Positions 11,766 through 24,667 of a stretch of 61,607 nt of DNA are shown here, in pieces (the stretch's first letter is position 1; the number at the start of each line of letters is the position of its first letter). The DNA is from Chiloscyllium plagiosum. Its lineage: Eukaryota. Position numbers and translations under genes: made by a program. The stretch spans positions 14,099,419 to 14,161,025 of the forward strand of contig NC_057752.1 of the NCBI RefSeq assembly GCF_004010195.1, read 5' to 3'. The notes under the pieces are model-generated. The model was not told the origin of the DNA and searched no databases. It saw nothing but the letters and a program-made list of their open reading frames with translations.

Positions 11766-12689
11766 AGTCGTCAGGATTTCAGGGCTGGGCAAAAAAAAAA
11801 TCTTAAGCTGCTTTAGCAGTCCAAAAGGAAGGGCTGCAAAGAATTGTTAGAGTCAAAACCCAGAGTTAAATTAGGAGTGAGATCGAGTATCTGTGAATGA
11901 TGTTGCTGGGAGAAAGGATTTCAACTTTGTTGTTTTATGTTGAGAGCTTTCTGAATTGTCATGTACAGGCAGTCCCTGGGTGTGAATGGGTTCTGTCCTG
12001 GAGCCTGTTTGCACGTCGATTTGTACGCAAGTCAATGGAGGACAATATAAAGTATCGCTCATAAGGGAATGTTTATATGTCAGGTCTTTTATAATTATAT
12101 CTCTGTCTGGGATTATGATCTATGAACTAGATTTCACACTTTGATCAGACTTGTCCAGTCTCATTATACAATTAAAAGTAGAGCCTTAGATAGTGTTGTA
12201 GAACAGAGAGACCTAGGGGTTCAGGTACGCAATTCTTTGAAGTTTGCATCACATATAGACAGGGGGTTAAGAAGGCAGTTGGATAGGAAAGGTGAAAAAG
12301 GGGCATTTAGAAAAAATTATATTCCTTCAATACAAGCTTTCATGGGAAGGCACAATTTCAATGCCTGAGGACAAGAAAGCGGAAAAAGGTGCCAAGAAAT
12401 ATGTGAACGAAGCTTCAGCAAACGGTGACAAGGAAGGTACAGAAAGGCGTTATTTACCATCTACAGGAATGCCAACAGCCAATTCCATAATTCCACTAAA
12501 AAAGGAGTCAGTAAGATGGGACTACACCGAATCAACATAGCTGAGTGCAGACTTTGCTATGTAAGTTTTTTCTGTTTGTTCCTAATAACGTTGAGGGATG
12601 CTTGTTCTGCTTAAATGCATGATCCCTTGTATTTCAGCTGCACAGTAACTTCAGAGGTGCATCATCTACCCATGTCTCAGTTTCCCCTA

Positions 12690-12995
12690 ATCATAGAATC
12701 CCTACAGTGTGGAAGCAGGCCATTCAGTCCATCAAGCCCACACTGATCCTCTGAAGAACATCCCATCCTATAATCCTGCATTTCCCACGGCCAACCCATA
12801 CATCTCTGAACACTATGGGCAATTTAGCTTGGCTAATCCACCTAAACTGCACATCTTTGGACTGTGGGAGGAAACTAGAGCACCCAGAGTGGACCCACGC
12901 AAACACAGGGAGCACATGCAAACTCCACACAGACAGCCACCCGAGGGTGGAATTGAACCCGGGTCCCCTAGTGAGGCAGTAGTGCTAAACCGCCC
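12690..12995 (-). mobile_element. HE1-like SINE
   Basis: Reverse complement of the SINE at 4951. Confidence 0.8.
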
Positions 12996-13022
12996 CTAAT
13001 GAAGTTGCTTATTTGTGCTGGT

Positions 13023-13099
13023 AGCTGAAAATGTGTTGCTGGAAAAGCGCAGCAGGTCAGGCAGCATCCAGGGAACAGGAGAATCGACGTTTCAGGCAC
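13023..13099 (-). mobile_element. Short Penelope-like fragment, 10-bp TSD
   Basis: Same family as 16991; TTGTGCTGGT at 13013-13022 and 13100-13109; truncated within hammerhead stem II. Confidence 0.8.
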
Positions 13100-13822
13100 T
13101 TGTGCTGGTCGCAAATGACGCTACCTGGACTGATCTTACATGATCTTTTGACTGCCAGTAGAGAGAAAACTGTTACAATATTAATCTGGACTGGATGTAG
13201 AAGTCAGGTCCCAGAGGTGGAACCAACATCTAGCCTAACTCAACACCTTTCTTATTTTGCTCATTTTATAGGGATGTATGGATGCTAGATCAATGACCTT
13301 TCTATGTTGAGATTAGCCCTCATAAAGCTGAGGATGCTCAATGCATTCATTTAGAATGACTTTGTTCACTATTTAAATGGAAGCATTAACCTGGCTTCAC
13401 AGCTCCAATAAAAATAGTGGAGAAAATAGTTTCAGATGAATGCATTCAGTGCAATGTGGTGCTGTGTCAATTCTGCTTCTAAGAGGAAGTGATAAACCCC
13501 TCTTGTTAACTGCAAAATGGTCTAAATTATTAAACATTAGAAACACTCAATGGATGAGGCTGCACGAATGACAACGTTAATTATGCACCAATATTATTTA
13601 CAAATGGAAATCTGGCAACTCGCCATGGTTATAAAGTAAACTTTGCCAGCAAAATGTGGGACAAGGGCCAGACCACAGTTAAGTTCTGTGTGGTGTTGCT
13701 ATGGCCTCATGCATTGACTGGGGCAGCAATTGTACTTGTACCAAGATTACGATTTGGCCAAAATGCACAAGAATGGTATCCCATCATTTTTCTTACGTCT
13801 GGTGGCAGAGTGGTAATGTCAG

Positions 13823-14216
13823 TTTTGTTGGTCAGTGCATCGAGTATAGGAGTTGGGAGGCCATGTTGCAGCTGTACAGGACATTGGTTAGGCCACATTT
13901 AGAATATTGCGTGCAATTCTGGTCTCCCTCCAATGGGAATGATGTTGTGAAACTTGAAAGGGTACAGAAAAAATTTACAAGGATGTTGCCAGGGTTGGAG
14001 GATTTGAGCTACAGGGAGAGGCTGAACAGGCTGGGGCTGTTTTCCCTGGAGCATCAGAGGCTGAGGGGTGACCTTATAGAGGTTTATAAAATCATGAGGG
14101 GCAAGGTCTTTTCCCTGGATTGGGGGAGTCCAGAACTGGAGGGCATCGGTTTAGGGTGAGAGGGGAAAGATTTAAAAGGGGCCTAAGGGTCACCTTTTCC
14201 ATGCAGAGGGTGGTAT
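13823..14216 (+). mobile_element. CR1 3' fragment
   Basis: LYRTLVRPHLEYCVQFWSP..LERVQKKFTRMLPGLEDLSYRERL. Confidence 0.9.
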
Positions 14217-14289
14217 GATATTTGTTACTTGTACAAGATTATATTTACATACATTTGAGGCACTGGGAGGGTCTGATAATTTAATGGAC

Positions 14290-14810
14290 CCCGTTTAACT
14301 TCAGCAGAAATACCTTAATTGGTGGTCTTTCCCCACTGTGCCTTGGTGGCAGCTGCCTCAAGTTTTAGTGTGTCCCTCAGCACGTAGTCCTGGACCTTGG
14401 AATGCAACATTCCAGTCAGGGTCAACTCCTTGTCCTGGAAAACCAATAGGTTTCAGGCAGACCAAAGAGCACCTTTCAGTGAGTTGATGGTCCTCCAGGC
14501 GCAGTCAATGTCTGCCTCGGTGGAACAGACCATAGAGCACAGAGTACTGTGTCACAGAGATGCGTGGGATGAACCTTGACACAAATCACTGCATCCTTCT
14601 CCAGACTTTCTTTGCAAACACACAGTCCAGCAGCAGATGTGTGGCAGTTTATTTGCCAGCGCGGCTGCTTTGAGGGCAGTGTGTGGAGGCGCAGACGGAC
14701 TGAGCATACATGAAGAATCTCCCTTCTTACCATCAGCAAAGTGGTGTCTTGGTGCTTGTTGGAAGATTCTAGTGATGAGGCATTGCAACACTCAGGGCCC
14801 TTACCTTTCA
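14290..14810 (-). mobile_element. Tx1/L1-clade ORF2 C-terminal (zinc-finger) fragment
   Basis: Broken minus-strand frames read NASSLE.SNKHQD..HCP..THLLLDCVFAKKVW..AWRTINSLKGALWSA..LLVFQ, resembling the CCHC region downstream of RT in L1/Tx1. Confidence 0.65.
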
Positions 14811-15059
14811 TGACGAATACAGTTTCAATCTGTGTCTATTTGTAGAGGCCTCCGCCTCTATCTGATTAACCAGAATTAATATAATGTGGAAAATGCTGGA
14901 ACCATTCAGCAGTGAGAATTAGCAGCATCTGTGGAAAGCGAAACAGAGTTAACATTTCAGTTTGAAGACCTTTTGTCAGAATTAGGAGAAGTTAACAATG
15001 AACAGCTTTTAAGTAACTGCAGAAAGAGGAGATGTGCAAGATTAAAGGGATTGAGGAGG

Positions 15060-15450
15060 CGTCATAGAGTCATACAGCACTGAAATAAACCTTCAGTCCA
15101 ACCAGTCCATGATGAACATGATCCCAAACTAAACTAGTCCTATATCCCTTCAAACCTTCCCTATTCATGTACTAATCCCAATATCTTTCAAATATTGTAA
15201 TTTTGCCCACATACACCACTTCATCAGTAAGTTCATTCCACACACAAACCACCTTCTGTACAAACAATTTGCCCCTCCTGTCTTTTTAAAGTCTCTCTCC
15301 TCTTAAAAATATGCCCCCTCATTTTGAAATCCCCCATCCTAGGGAAAAAGGGACAATCATTAACTCTATCTATACCCTCATGATTTTATCAACTTCAGCC
15401 TTCTCCCCTCCACTGAAAAAAAGTCCCAGCCTATCCAGCCTTTTTTTTTA
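15060..15450 (-). mobile_element. CR1 3' fragment
   Basis: GTCATAGAGTCATA reversed tail plus CR1 3' region. Confidence 0.8.
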
Positions 15451-16082
15451 TCAATTTAAATGATCTAAATGCTAAGGCTGTGAGGCGAAAGGAGGTGATT
15501 GTGGGTCAAATATCGAGAGAAAAAAGCGGGGTTCTGAGGGCCGGTAAGTACTCACAGCAGGGAAGTATGAAAACCTGACACTGAGAAGGATTCTGTGGCA
15601 TGGGAACAAGGAAGAAAAAGACAAATAAACCCAGGTGTACTGAGTGCTGTCCTGGCCATTTCCCACCCCAACCCTCAATCCAGAGGGGCAGGATTTGTAC
15701 TAAAGTCAGCAGTAGGAATTCAGCCTTCTGATTCTTAGCACCCACAGAGTGCCACTCCTCTGTTCCAAGAATGCCGGCCTTCAAGACACGCTGCCTTTGT
15801 AAGATTGACAGTATTTTACTTGAGTTTACTTTATGGATTTCTGACAGGTACTTGACTGAGGGGAAAAAAAAATACAACTTACATTTCTTTCAGTGCCTTT
15901 TAAAGCCTCACAGATTTGTTACAGTGCACACAGAAGCCATTCCGCCCATCCTATCTGGACCAGCTGTCCAAATGAGCAATTCACTGAGTGCCATTCTCTT
16001 GCCTTCTCCCCGCCACCCTGCACATTGTTCCTTTTCAAGTAACATTCTCATCCCATTCGGAATGTTTCAATTGAAGCTGCCT

Positions 16083-16980
16083 CTACCACATGAAGAGTCC
16101 AAGAATGCTTGTTGGACCACTCCCAGGAGCTTGACACTCCACTAGATGCACTTCTGTGCTGTTAATGTGTAGGGGGGCATGAGAAACATCCCGCTGAGAG
16201 TCAATAATGAGTTCTTTGGTTTTGCCGGCATTGGGAGCTAGGCTGTTCTCAGTGCACCATTCTTCCAGGTGCTCCACCTCCCGTCTGTAGTCTGTTTTGT
16301 CACCATCTGAGATTCGACCGACTACGGTGGTGTCATCAGCGAACTTGTGAATGGCATTAGTCTGGTATTTGGTGACACAGCCATGGGTATAGAGTGAGTA
16401 CAGTAGGGGGCTGAGTATGCACCCCTGGGGGGGCTCCAGTTTTGAGTGTTAGTGAGAATGAAATATTGTCCCCAATCTTCACTGATTGTGGCCTGTGGGT
16501 CAGGAAACTGAGGATCCAGTTGCAGAGAGTGGGGCTTAGTCCGAGATCACTAAGTTTAGTAATCAGCCTTGAGGGGATAATACTGTTGAAGGCAGTAGTC
16601 AATGAGTAGGATTCTTATGTAGCTGTTCTTGATGTTAAGATGTTCTCGGGAGGAGTGAAGGGCAAGTGATGGCAAGTGATACGGCATCTGACGTGGATCT
16701 GTTGGTCTGATAGGCAAATTGGAGTGGGTCAAGAGTAGTGGGGAGGCTGGAGTTGATTAATGCCATGACCAGCCTTTCAAAGCACTTCCTGACCAACGAA
16801 GTTAGGGCCAATGTGCTGTAGTCATTGAGACACGCTGCGTGAGCCTTCTTAGGCACAGGGATGATGTTGGACCTCTTGAACCAGGCAGGGACAGTGGCCT
16901 GCTGGAGGGAGAGGTTGAAGATGTCCAAGAAGACCTCTGCCAGTTGATCTGCGCATACTCTGAGGCCACGGCCTGGTACT
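16083..16980 (-). mobile_element. Rex1/Babar LINE RT fragment
   Basis: [83 protein letters not shown]. Confidence 0.85.
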
Positions 16981-16990
16981 CTGGTCCCAT

Positions 16991-17080
16991 TCCTGAAGAA
17001 GGGCTTATGCCCGAAACGTCGATTCTCCTGTTCCCTGGATGCTGCCTGACCTGCTGCGCTTTTCCAGCAACACATTTTCA
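16991..17080 (+). mobile_element. Short Penelope-like insertion, about 13-bp TSD
   Basis: ACTCTGGTCCCAT at 16978-16990 and 17081-17093. Confidence 0.8.
16993..17020 (+). ncRNA. Minimal type-I hammerhead ribozyme core (intact motif; activity untested)
   Basis: CTGAAGA-A-GGGC/TTAT/GCCC-GAAAC-GTC: conserved core, 4-bp stem II, self-complementary ACGT at stem III, GUC cleavage triplet. Stem I is weak. Confidence 0.6.
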
Positions 17081-17137
17081 ACTCTGGTCCCATCGCTTTT
17101 CTTGGATTATATTAAGTGTTGGGTTTCTATTCTATAA

Positions 17138-17342
17138 AGTGAATGTGCTGCCAGAGCAAATGGTGGAGGCTGGTACAGTTACAACATTTACAAGGCATCT
17201 AGATGGGTATATGAATAGGAAGGGTTTAGAGAGATATGGGCCAAATGCGGGCAAATGGGACTAGATTAGTTTAGGATATTTGGTTGGCATGGACGAGTTG
17301 GACCGAAGGGTCTGTTTCCATGCTGTACATCTCTATGACTCG
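17138..17342 (+). mobile_element. CR1 3' end
   Basis: VEAGTVTTFTRHLDGYMNRKG plus CTCTATGA tail. Confidence 0.85.
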
Positions 17343-17549
17343 AACTCAGTTGTCAAGGTGAATATCTTAGGCATGAGTTCGAATTTTAAAATGTGGTAAT
17401 GAATCTGGTGGTAAATCCCATCTGGTTTCCTCATGTCCTTTCTGGAGGAGAAACCTTCCATTGTCACCCACTCTGGCTGATGTGGGACTCCAGAGCCACT
17501 GCAGATTTGTCGACTCTTTTTGGCCTAATGCAAAGTCCTGCTGGATGTT

Positions 17550-17730
17550 GGCAATCTGAGACAAACATAGAGAATGCTGGAGAAACCCAGCAGGTCTGGC
17601 AAGAGAAAAACAGAGTTAATGTTTTGAGTCTGGTATGAGTCCACCACCAGACTTGAAACATTAACTCTGTTTCGCTCTCCACAGATGCTGCCAGATCTGC
17701 TGAGTTTCACCAGCAATTTATTGTTTTATT
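17550..17730. mobile_element. Penelope-like inverted terminal pair
   Basis: CAGAGTTAATGTTTTGAGTC / GACTTGAAACATTAACTCTG inverted arms, homologous to 7250. Confidence 0.65.
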
Positions 17731-17739
17731 TTTCTTTTT

Positions 17740-18010
17740 AAGATTCATTCACAGGGTGTCAGCATTATTGTCTATGCCAGCATTTATTACTCAGAAGGCA
17801 GTTACACGTAGGCCAGATCAGGTAAGGATAGCAGATTTCCTTCAATATTTAACCAGATGGGTTCTTCCCTAATCAGCAACAGCTCATGGTCATCGTTAGA
17901 TTCATACCTCCAGATTTTTATTGAATTCAAATCAGGCCATAGTACGATTTGAACCCAAGTCCCCACAACATGATCTGGGCCAGAAGTACTGTGATAATAC
18001 CACTAGGCTG
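17740..18010 (-). mobile_element. tRNA-derived SINE sharing its 3' tail with LINE family B
   Basis: Reverse complement of the SINE at 25695. Confidence 0.7.
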
Positions 18011-18121
18011 TTGCCTCAGCTCGATGGCAATTAGGAATGGGCAATCAAACATTGCCAGTGAGAGAGCAAGTGACACACTATGAAAGATAAACGAAAACAA
18101 ACAACTTGGCTGCAGAAGTGA

Positions 18122-18385
18122 AGATTAGATTACTTACAGTGTGGAAACAGGCCCTTCAGCCCAACAAGTCCACACCGACCCATTCCCTTATATTTACCCC
18201 TTCACCTAACACTACGGGCAATTTAGCATGGCCAATTCACCTAACCTGCACATCTTTGGACTGTGGAAGGAAACCCACGCAGACACGGGGAGAACGTGCA
18301 AACTCCACACAGTCAGTCACCTGAGGCGGGAACTGAACCCAGTTCTCTGACACTTTGAGGCAGCAGTGCTAACCACTGTGCCACC
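18122..18385 (-). mobile_element. HE1-like SINE
   Basis: Reverse complement of the SINE at 4951. Confidence 0.82.
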
Positions 18386-18794
18386 TGTGAAGAATGTGCA
18401 CATTTGTTCTTACAAAGTCAAAAGAATGTCTTCAATTCCTTTTGCGTCATTGTGTAGAAGGTGGTTATTTTGTGCTTGTCAGGGTGTTGTGTGTCAGTCC
18501 CGAAAACCGGAAACACTGGAAATGCATGGCAGGTCGGCCACCACCTGTAACACAAACAACTTCACTTGTTTTGGGCGGAGACCATTCTGTAGCTTATCTC
18601 TGAAAGTTGTGCCACAATGGTGTTGCAAGTGACAGGTTCAGACAAAATGGAAAGCACTTGCATTGATTTAGCACTTCCCACATCCTCAGGACTTCCCAAA
18701 ACACGTAACAGCCTATCAAAGTGTCTGTTGCAATGCAGGAGCCAACTTGTGCAAAACAATAGCCCACACAAGAGCAATATGATTGCAGGGAAGA

Positions 18795-19700
18795 TTGTTT
18801 TCAAGAAGGAGTTAGATATAGTTCTTAGGGCCAAAGGGATCAAAGGGTTTAGGGGAGAAAGTGGGAAAAGGGGACTGAGTTGGATGATCATCAATGATCA
18901 TATTGAATGGTGTAGCAGGCTCGAAGGGCTGAATGGCCTACTGCTGCTCCTATTTTTTATGTTTCTATGAATGTCACAGGACCAGTCTCCAAAAGCCTCA
19001 AGCTAATGTTCTGGAGACAGTGGGTTTATGAGAGATGGTGGGCTTTGAATCTGGAATGAGAAACTAGTCTAATTGCACCATGTAACCACCGCTGATGACT
19101 GTTAAAAACCCATCTGGTTCATTAATGAAGAAATGAAGGGGATCTTATAGAATCATATAAAATTATGAAAGGGATAGATTAGAGGCAGGCAGGTTGTTTC
19201 CATTGGTGGTACGACTCGGGCTAGGGGACACGGCCTCAAGATTAGAGAGAGTAGATTTAGGACAGAGTTGAGAAGGAACTGCTTTTCCCAGTGAGTAGTG
19301 AATCGATAGTATTCTCTGCCCTCGGAAGCAGTCGAGGCAGCTTCATTAAATATATTCAAGATACAGTTGGATAGGTTTTTGCTTGGTTGGGGAATTAAGG
19401 GTAATGGGAATGATGCAGGTATGAGGAGCTGACATGATGCATAGATCAGCCATGATCTTAATGAATGGCTCGATGGGCCAAAATGGCGTTTTCCTGCTTC
19501 TATTACTATGAAATAAGGAGGGAGATCTGCAATCCTTACCCAGTCTGGCCTACATGTACTCCAGACTCACAGCCAATGTAGTTGATGCATAATTGCCCCC
19601 AGATATGGCCAGGCAAGCCACTCAGTTCAATGGCAATTAGGGGTGGGCAATAAATGCCAGTCTTGCCGGTGATGCTCATATCCCATAAAAGAGTTAAAAA
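18795..19700 (+). mobile_element. Cluster: CR1 tail, then family-B SINE split by a CR1 3' fragment (about 19125-19512)
   Basis: SINE AAACCCATCTGGTTCA..[CR1]..ATCCTTACCCAGTCTGGCCTACATG is continuous across the CR1. Confidence 0.65.
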
Positions 19701-20099
19701 CATCACATCATCTATTTTTCAGCGATGTTGGGTGGGGATTAAACATTGACACTGGGGAGAACACCCCCATCCTTTAAGTAGTGCTGTGGGATCTTCTTTC
19801 TCCACCTGAGAGGGTAATTGGGGCCTCAGATTAACATCTCATTTATAAAGACAGCTCTTCTGAGAGTATTACATTAGTTTTCACTGAGCTGGTGGAGTCT
19901 ATGGAACATAGCCTTATATTTACATCACAACTTGTATCATTATCCCTCCGTGGTAAACAAGTGAGAAAAGCTTTTGGGAAGAAAAACATTTTTTGATGAT
20001 CATTTTGTTTCCTTAACAATGGGATCATTATTGCTGTTAGCAGCTTTCATGTATTCTATTCATATGCTTAAAGGCTGTTAAATAATGACACGTTTGTGC

Positions 20100-20895
20100 A
20101 AGAGCCATTTGTTCATCAGACGGGGGCGTTGCTGACTGGGCCCAGCATTTATTGCCTGTCCCTAGTTGCCCTTGAGAAAGCTGCCTTCTTGAATCACTGC
20201 AGTCCATGTGCTGTGGGTAGAACCACAATGCCCTTGGGGAGGGAATTCCAGGAGTTTGACCCAGCGACACTGAAGGAACAGCAAGAGATTTCCAAGTCAG
20301 GATGGTGAATGGCTTGGAGGGGAATTTGCAAGGGGTGGTGTTCCCATGTATCTGCTGCCCTTGTCCTTTGAATGGAAGTGGTCGTGGGTATGGAAGGTGC
20401 TGCTAAATGAGGCTAAGGTGTATCTTGTAGGTGGTACACATGGCTTCCACTCTGCACTAATGATGGTGTCAAGCTTCTTGAGTTTTGTTGGAGCTGCACC
20501 CATTCAGGTGAGTGGGGAGTGTTCCATCACACTCCTGACTGAAGCCTTGTAGATGGTGGACAGGTTCTGGGGAGTCAGGAGGTGTGTTGCTTGCTGCAGT
20601 ATTCTTCGCCTCTGACCTGCTCTTGTAGGCACTATATTTATGTCGTGTCCAGCTCGGTTTCTGGTCAGTAAGAACCCCGAGGATGTTGATAGTGGGCAAT
20701 TCAGTGATGGTAACATCATTGAATATTAAAGAGAGATGGTCAGATTCTTATTGGAGATGGTCATTGCCTAGAATTTGTGTGGCATGAATATTATTTGCCA
20801 ATTGTCAGTTCAAGCCTAGATATTGCCTAGATCTTGCTGCATTTGAAAATGGCCTGCTTCAGCACCTGTGGAGTTGTCAATGGCGCTGAACATTT
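20100..20895 (-). mobile_element. CR1/L2-group LINE family B 3' fragment
   Basis: Homologous to 5920-6690 and 2400-2660. Confidence 0.8.
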
Positions 20896-21255
20896 GATTC
20901 TGAATGATTTATCGTCACTTGCATTCTACAGTGAAAAAAATGGTAAAATACAGTGAAAAGCTTCAACTGTTGTCACAATTGGCCACCATTTTGAATGTTT
21001 TAAGAATAAAAATACTAAAAAGATAGTATGAAAGAGTGCCTGTCTTTGTTCTGCTGCCTCCAACATTGGGCCTGAGCTGGTTCACCAACAACTCTGTACC
21101 ACCACCCCTCCTCCACCACCTCACTGCCGCCTGTGCCAGACCGACCAATGTAGGAGTTGCCACTCTTTAGGTGCCATCTCTGCCAATGGGATGACTTCGC
21201 CGCTGAATCCCGTCCTAACACACACTTGCCCTGCAAACAGGAGATCCCTCTCCGA

Positions 21256-21574
21256 GCCTACCACAACCAGGAACTGCTGCCACCGCCTCACTGATAACCA
21301 GGGGTCCCTGGCTCCGGGCCTACCACAACCAGGAGCTGCTGCCACTGCTTTACTGATAACCAGGGGTCCCTGGCCACCAGCCTACCACAACCAGGAACTG
21401 CTGCCACCGCCTCACCGATAACCAGGAGACCCCACTCCAGGCCTATCACAACCAGGAGCTGTTGCCATTGCCTCACCGATAACCAGGAGACCCCACTCCT
21501 GGACTATCACAACCAGGAGCTGCTGCCACCACCTCACCGATAACTAGAATACCAGGGTTCCAGGCCTATCACAA
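21256..21574. repeat. 61-62 bp minisatellite, 5 full copies plus a partial
   Basis: GCCTA(C/T)CACAACCAGGA(A/G)CTGCTGCCAC.. units start at 21256, 21318, 21380, 21441, 21502 and 21564. Confidence 0.9.
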
Positions 21575-22655
21575 ACATCTTCCTATGTGCCAGGTATGAC
21601 TCCAACCAGCGGAGAGTTTGCCCCCTGATACCCATTGATTCCAGGTTTGCCAGGGCTCCTTGATGCCACACTCGGTCGAATGCAGCCTTGATATCAAGGG
21701 CTGTCCCTCTTCCCTCCCCTCTTGAGTTCAGCTCTTTTGTCCATGTTTGAACCAAGGCTGTAATGAGGTCAGGAGCTGAGTGACCCCGGTGGAACCCGAA
21801 CTGGGCATCACTGAGCAGGGTATTGCTGCGCAGGTGCTGCTTGATAGCACTGTTGGTGACACCTTCCATCACTTTCATGATGATTGGAAGGAGACTGATG
21901 GGGCGGTAATTGGCCGGGTTGGATTTGTCCTGCTTTTTTGTACAGGACATACCTGGGCAACTTTCCACATTGTCGGGTAGATGTCAGTGTTATAACTGTA
22001 CTGGAACAGCTTGGCTCAGGGGAGCGGCAGGTTCTGGAGCACAGGTCTTCAGTCCTATTGCTGGAATGTTGTCAGGGCCCATCGCCTTTGCAGTATCCAG
22101 TGTCTCCAACCGTTTCTTGATATCACATGGAGTGAATCAGATTGGCTGAAGACTGGGATCTGTGATGCTGGGGATCACTGGAGGAGGCCGAGGTGGATCA
22201 TCCACTCAGCACTTCTGGCTGAAGATTGCTGTGAAAGCTTCAGCCTGACCTTTTGCCCTGATGTGCTGGGCTCCTCCATCATTGAGGACGGGGATATTTG
22301 TGGGGGCTCCTCCTCCAGTGAGTTGTTTAATCNNNNNNNNNNNNNNNNNNNNNNNNNNNNNNNNNNNNNNNNNNNNNNNNNNNNNNNNNNNNNNNNNNNN
22401 NNNNNNNNNNNNNTTGTGCTGGAGTACAGTTCTCCTGCTGTTGATGGCCCACAGTGCCTCATGGATGCCCAGTCCTGAGTTGCTAGATCTGTTTGAAGTT
22501 TGTCCTATTCAGCACGGTGATAGTGCCACACAACACGATGGAGGGTATTCTCAATGTGAAGGTGAGACTTTGTCTCCACAAGGACTGTGTGGTGGTCACT
22601 CTTACCGATACTGTCACAGACAGATGCATCTACAGCCGGCAGATTGGTAAGGTTC
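21575..22655 (-). mobile_element. CR1/L2-group LINE family B ORF2 fragment (contains N gap)
   Basis: KQDKSNPANYRPISLLP..SDAQFGF..ALDIKAAFDRVWHQG; IGKSDHHTV endonuclease end motif. Confidence 0.88.
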
Positions 22656-23256
22656 GTCCTGATCATTCCAAGGGAAAATTCAGGAAAACTTTTTTTTTGC
22701 CCAGGGACTGATGAAATATATGCTGTCAAGGAAATAAAGAGGGCGAAAGAAAGAGAAGGAGATGTGACTGAGGTTTGATCAAATACAGCAAAAGGAGGAT
22801 CACCCAGCCATTTTGTAATTAATTTTGTAAGTTTCTGTTTTGCCTTGTGTAATCTTCCATGAATTGTTTTTGCTACAGTGAGTCAGCAGGGGCTGGCTAC
22901 ATTGTATTTAAAAGAGTAGGGTGGAAGGAGTGCGGACATGGTACAGATGGGCCAAATGGTCTGTTTCCGTTGTTGCAGACGCCAGGAAATTCTATTTGCG
23001 CTCAAAAGTGGACAATTCGCCCCATCTTACCCATTTCCAGCCGGGTGCTACCCACATTAACCTTGTTGTAAATTATGTACAATATTTGATAGGCTTTCCA
23101 TTAGTCAGTTGGCTACCTACTTATGCTTGCTTGTATGGCATCTCTCTAAGTCATCCAAACTTGAGTCAGCACTGGATACATGAGTGAGTTTGTTGATAGA
23201 ACAGGCAAGTGTCCACCTCCTAGAACAGTCATTTTGCAACAAATATGCAAGACTAT

Positions 23257-24667
23257 GGACAGAATCTTCCCACTCCCTGAATGACGTGGACTACTGTGAG
23301 AAATTTGGGGAAATCAGGTGGGATGTTGAATGAAGTCCTCCTTGACATTGAGACCAAAACACATTTTCCAATCAAGTCCTGGATATTGAGATGAGATTCT
23401 TGCTAGTGAGAGGCCTATGAACAGGAATTATCGCTCATTGTTACTTGATCTCACCTCAATACGCAGGCTCCCAAAGTCCCATCCACCGGATAGATCCTAG
23501 ACACCGAGAATTCCAGACATGAAAGTTAGAGCAGGGTATTTGGTGACTCCAGCTCGCTGCATGCTCCTCCTCGCCTCCATCTTGGACCACCGGCACCAAC
23601 GTCTTGGGTGGGCTACATGGGTAGCAATTGCACGTGTCTATGGACGCTAGCATCTGACATATGCCAGCCTCACCGCACTGCACCCGGAGGTCCCCAGCCG
23701 ATTGCCAGGCAGCATGGGTAGATAAGGTGATGGAGTCCTCTCTCAAAGCCGCTTGCTCCTCCTGTGTTTCTATGAAGTCCCTGATAGCTGATATCATGGG
23801 GAACTTTCCTGCCTGGTCTCAAGTAGTCCTCTAAGTGCCAACAACCTGGTGGGCATTTCTTCCTTGGCCAGCTGTGGAGACTGGGCTGTGAAGGCTCACA
23901 GCAGGAACCCCCTGAACTTAACATGACAAATATACCCGCTGAGGTGTCAGTATCTAAGCTGGTGGGGGTGCAGGAGGCACTCTTGCCAATGCACCTGCTG
24001 AGGGACTGGTGGTCTTTTCCACTGAGGAGGAGGGCACATCTTGTAGCACCATACTGTTGACTGTGGGGTGGCAAGCTGCATATTGTCCACCCAACCACCT
24101 ACCCAGCTCTTTTGGTCCTTTCACGGGCTGTTTTTTTCATCCCTTGAATGACGGAAGGGTAAGGTTTGGGTGAGATGATAGTCAATGCCACAGCAGTTAC
24201 TGTTGGTGCAGGTGAGGATGTGTCCTGAGTAAGTGGGTGAGTGGGCAGCACTGACAGCATGGAAGGTTAGTGCTTCCAGGGGTTAGGGTGGGTGAGAGCA
24301 AGTGAGCAAGTTGTAGGCGATAGTGAGAGGGTCAGAGCGTGAGCCTTGGTGGGAGGTGGGTACAGGAACAGAGAGAGTTAGTGGATGTGACATATCAGAA
24401 CGAAGATTGTGGGCACTTAAGTTGGCACAGTAAAGAAGGCACATTGGGCTTTTTAGGATGGTACCTGCACCAGGAAAGCAGTGGCAAGGAGCTCCACCTA
24501 CAATGAGTGGGAGCATTTCGACAAGCATCAGACAAGAGGGATAGCATTTCGGCATTAATGAGGAAAGCTTGTGCTGATTGAGAAAACTCGCAAGACTCCA
24601 TAGCGAGAACCCCTCTATGAAATCTTACAGAACTGTCACTTAGCCAATTTCTGGTAAGATTCGGACC
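23257..24667. mobile_element. Putative degraded PIF/Harbinger-like DNA transposon
   Basis: Imperfect 16-bp TIRs (GGACAGAATCTTCCCA versus reverse-complemented GGTCCGAATCTTACCA, 13/16) flanked by TAT on both sides. Confidence 0.45.

Noticed and set aside
15541..15549. Strong donor CCG|GTAAGT as an upstream exon end
   Set aside because: No supporting acceptor, promoter motifs or coding signal; a single donor match is common by chance.
21256..21574. CRISPR-like repeat/spacer array
   Set aside because: The units are contiguous and homologous along their whole length, with no unique spacers and no cas genes, in a eukaryotic context.
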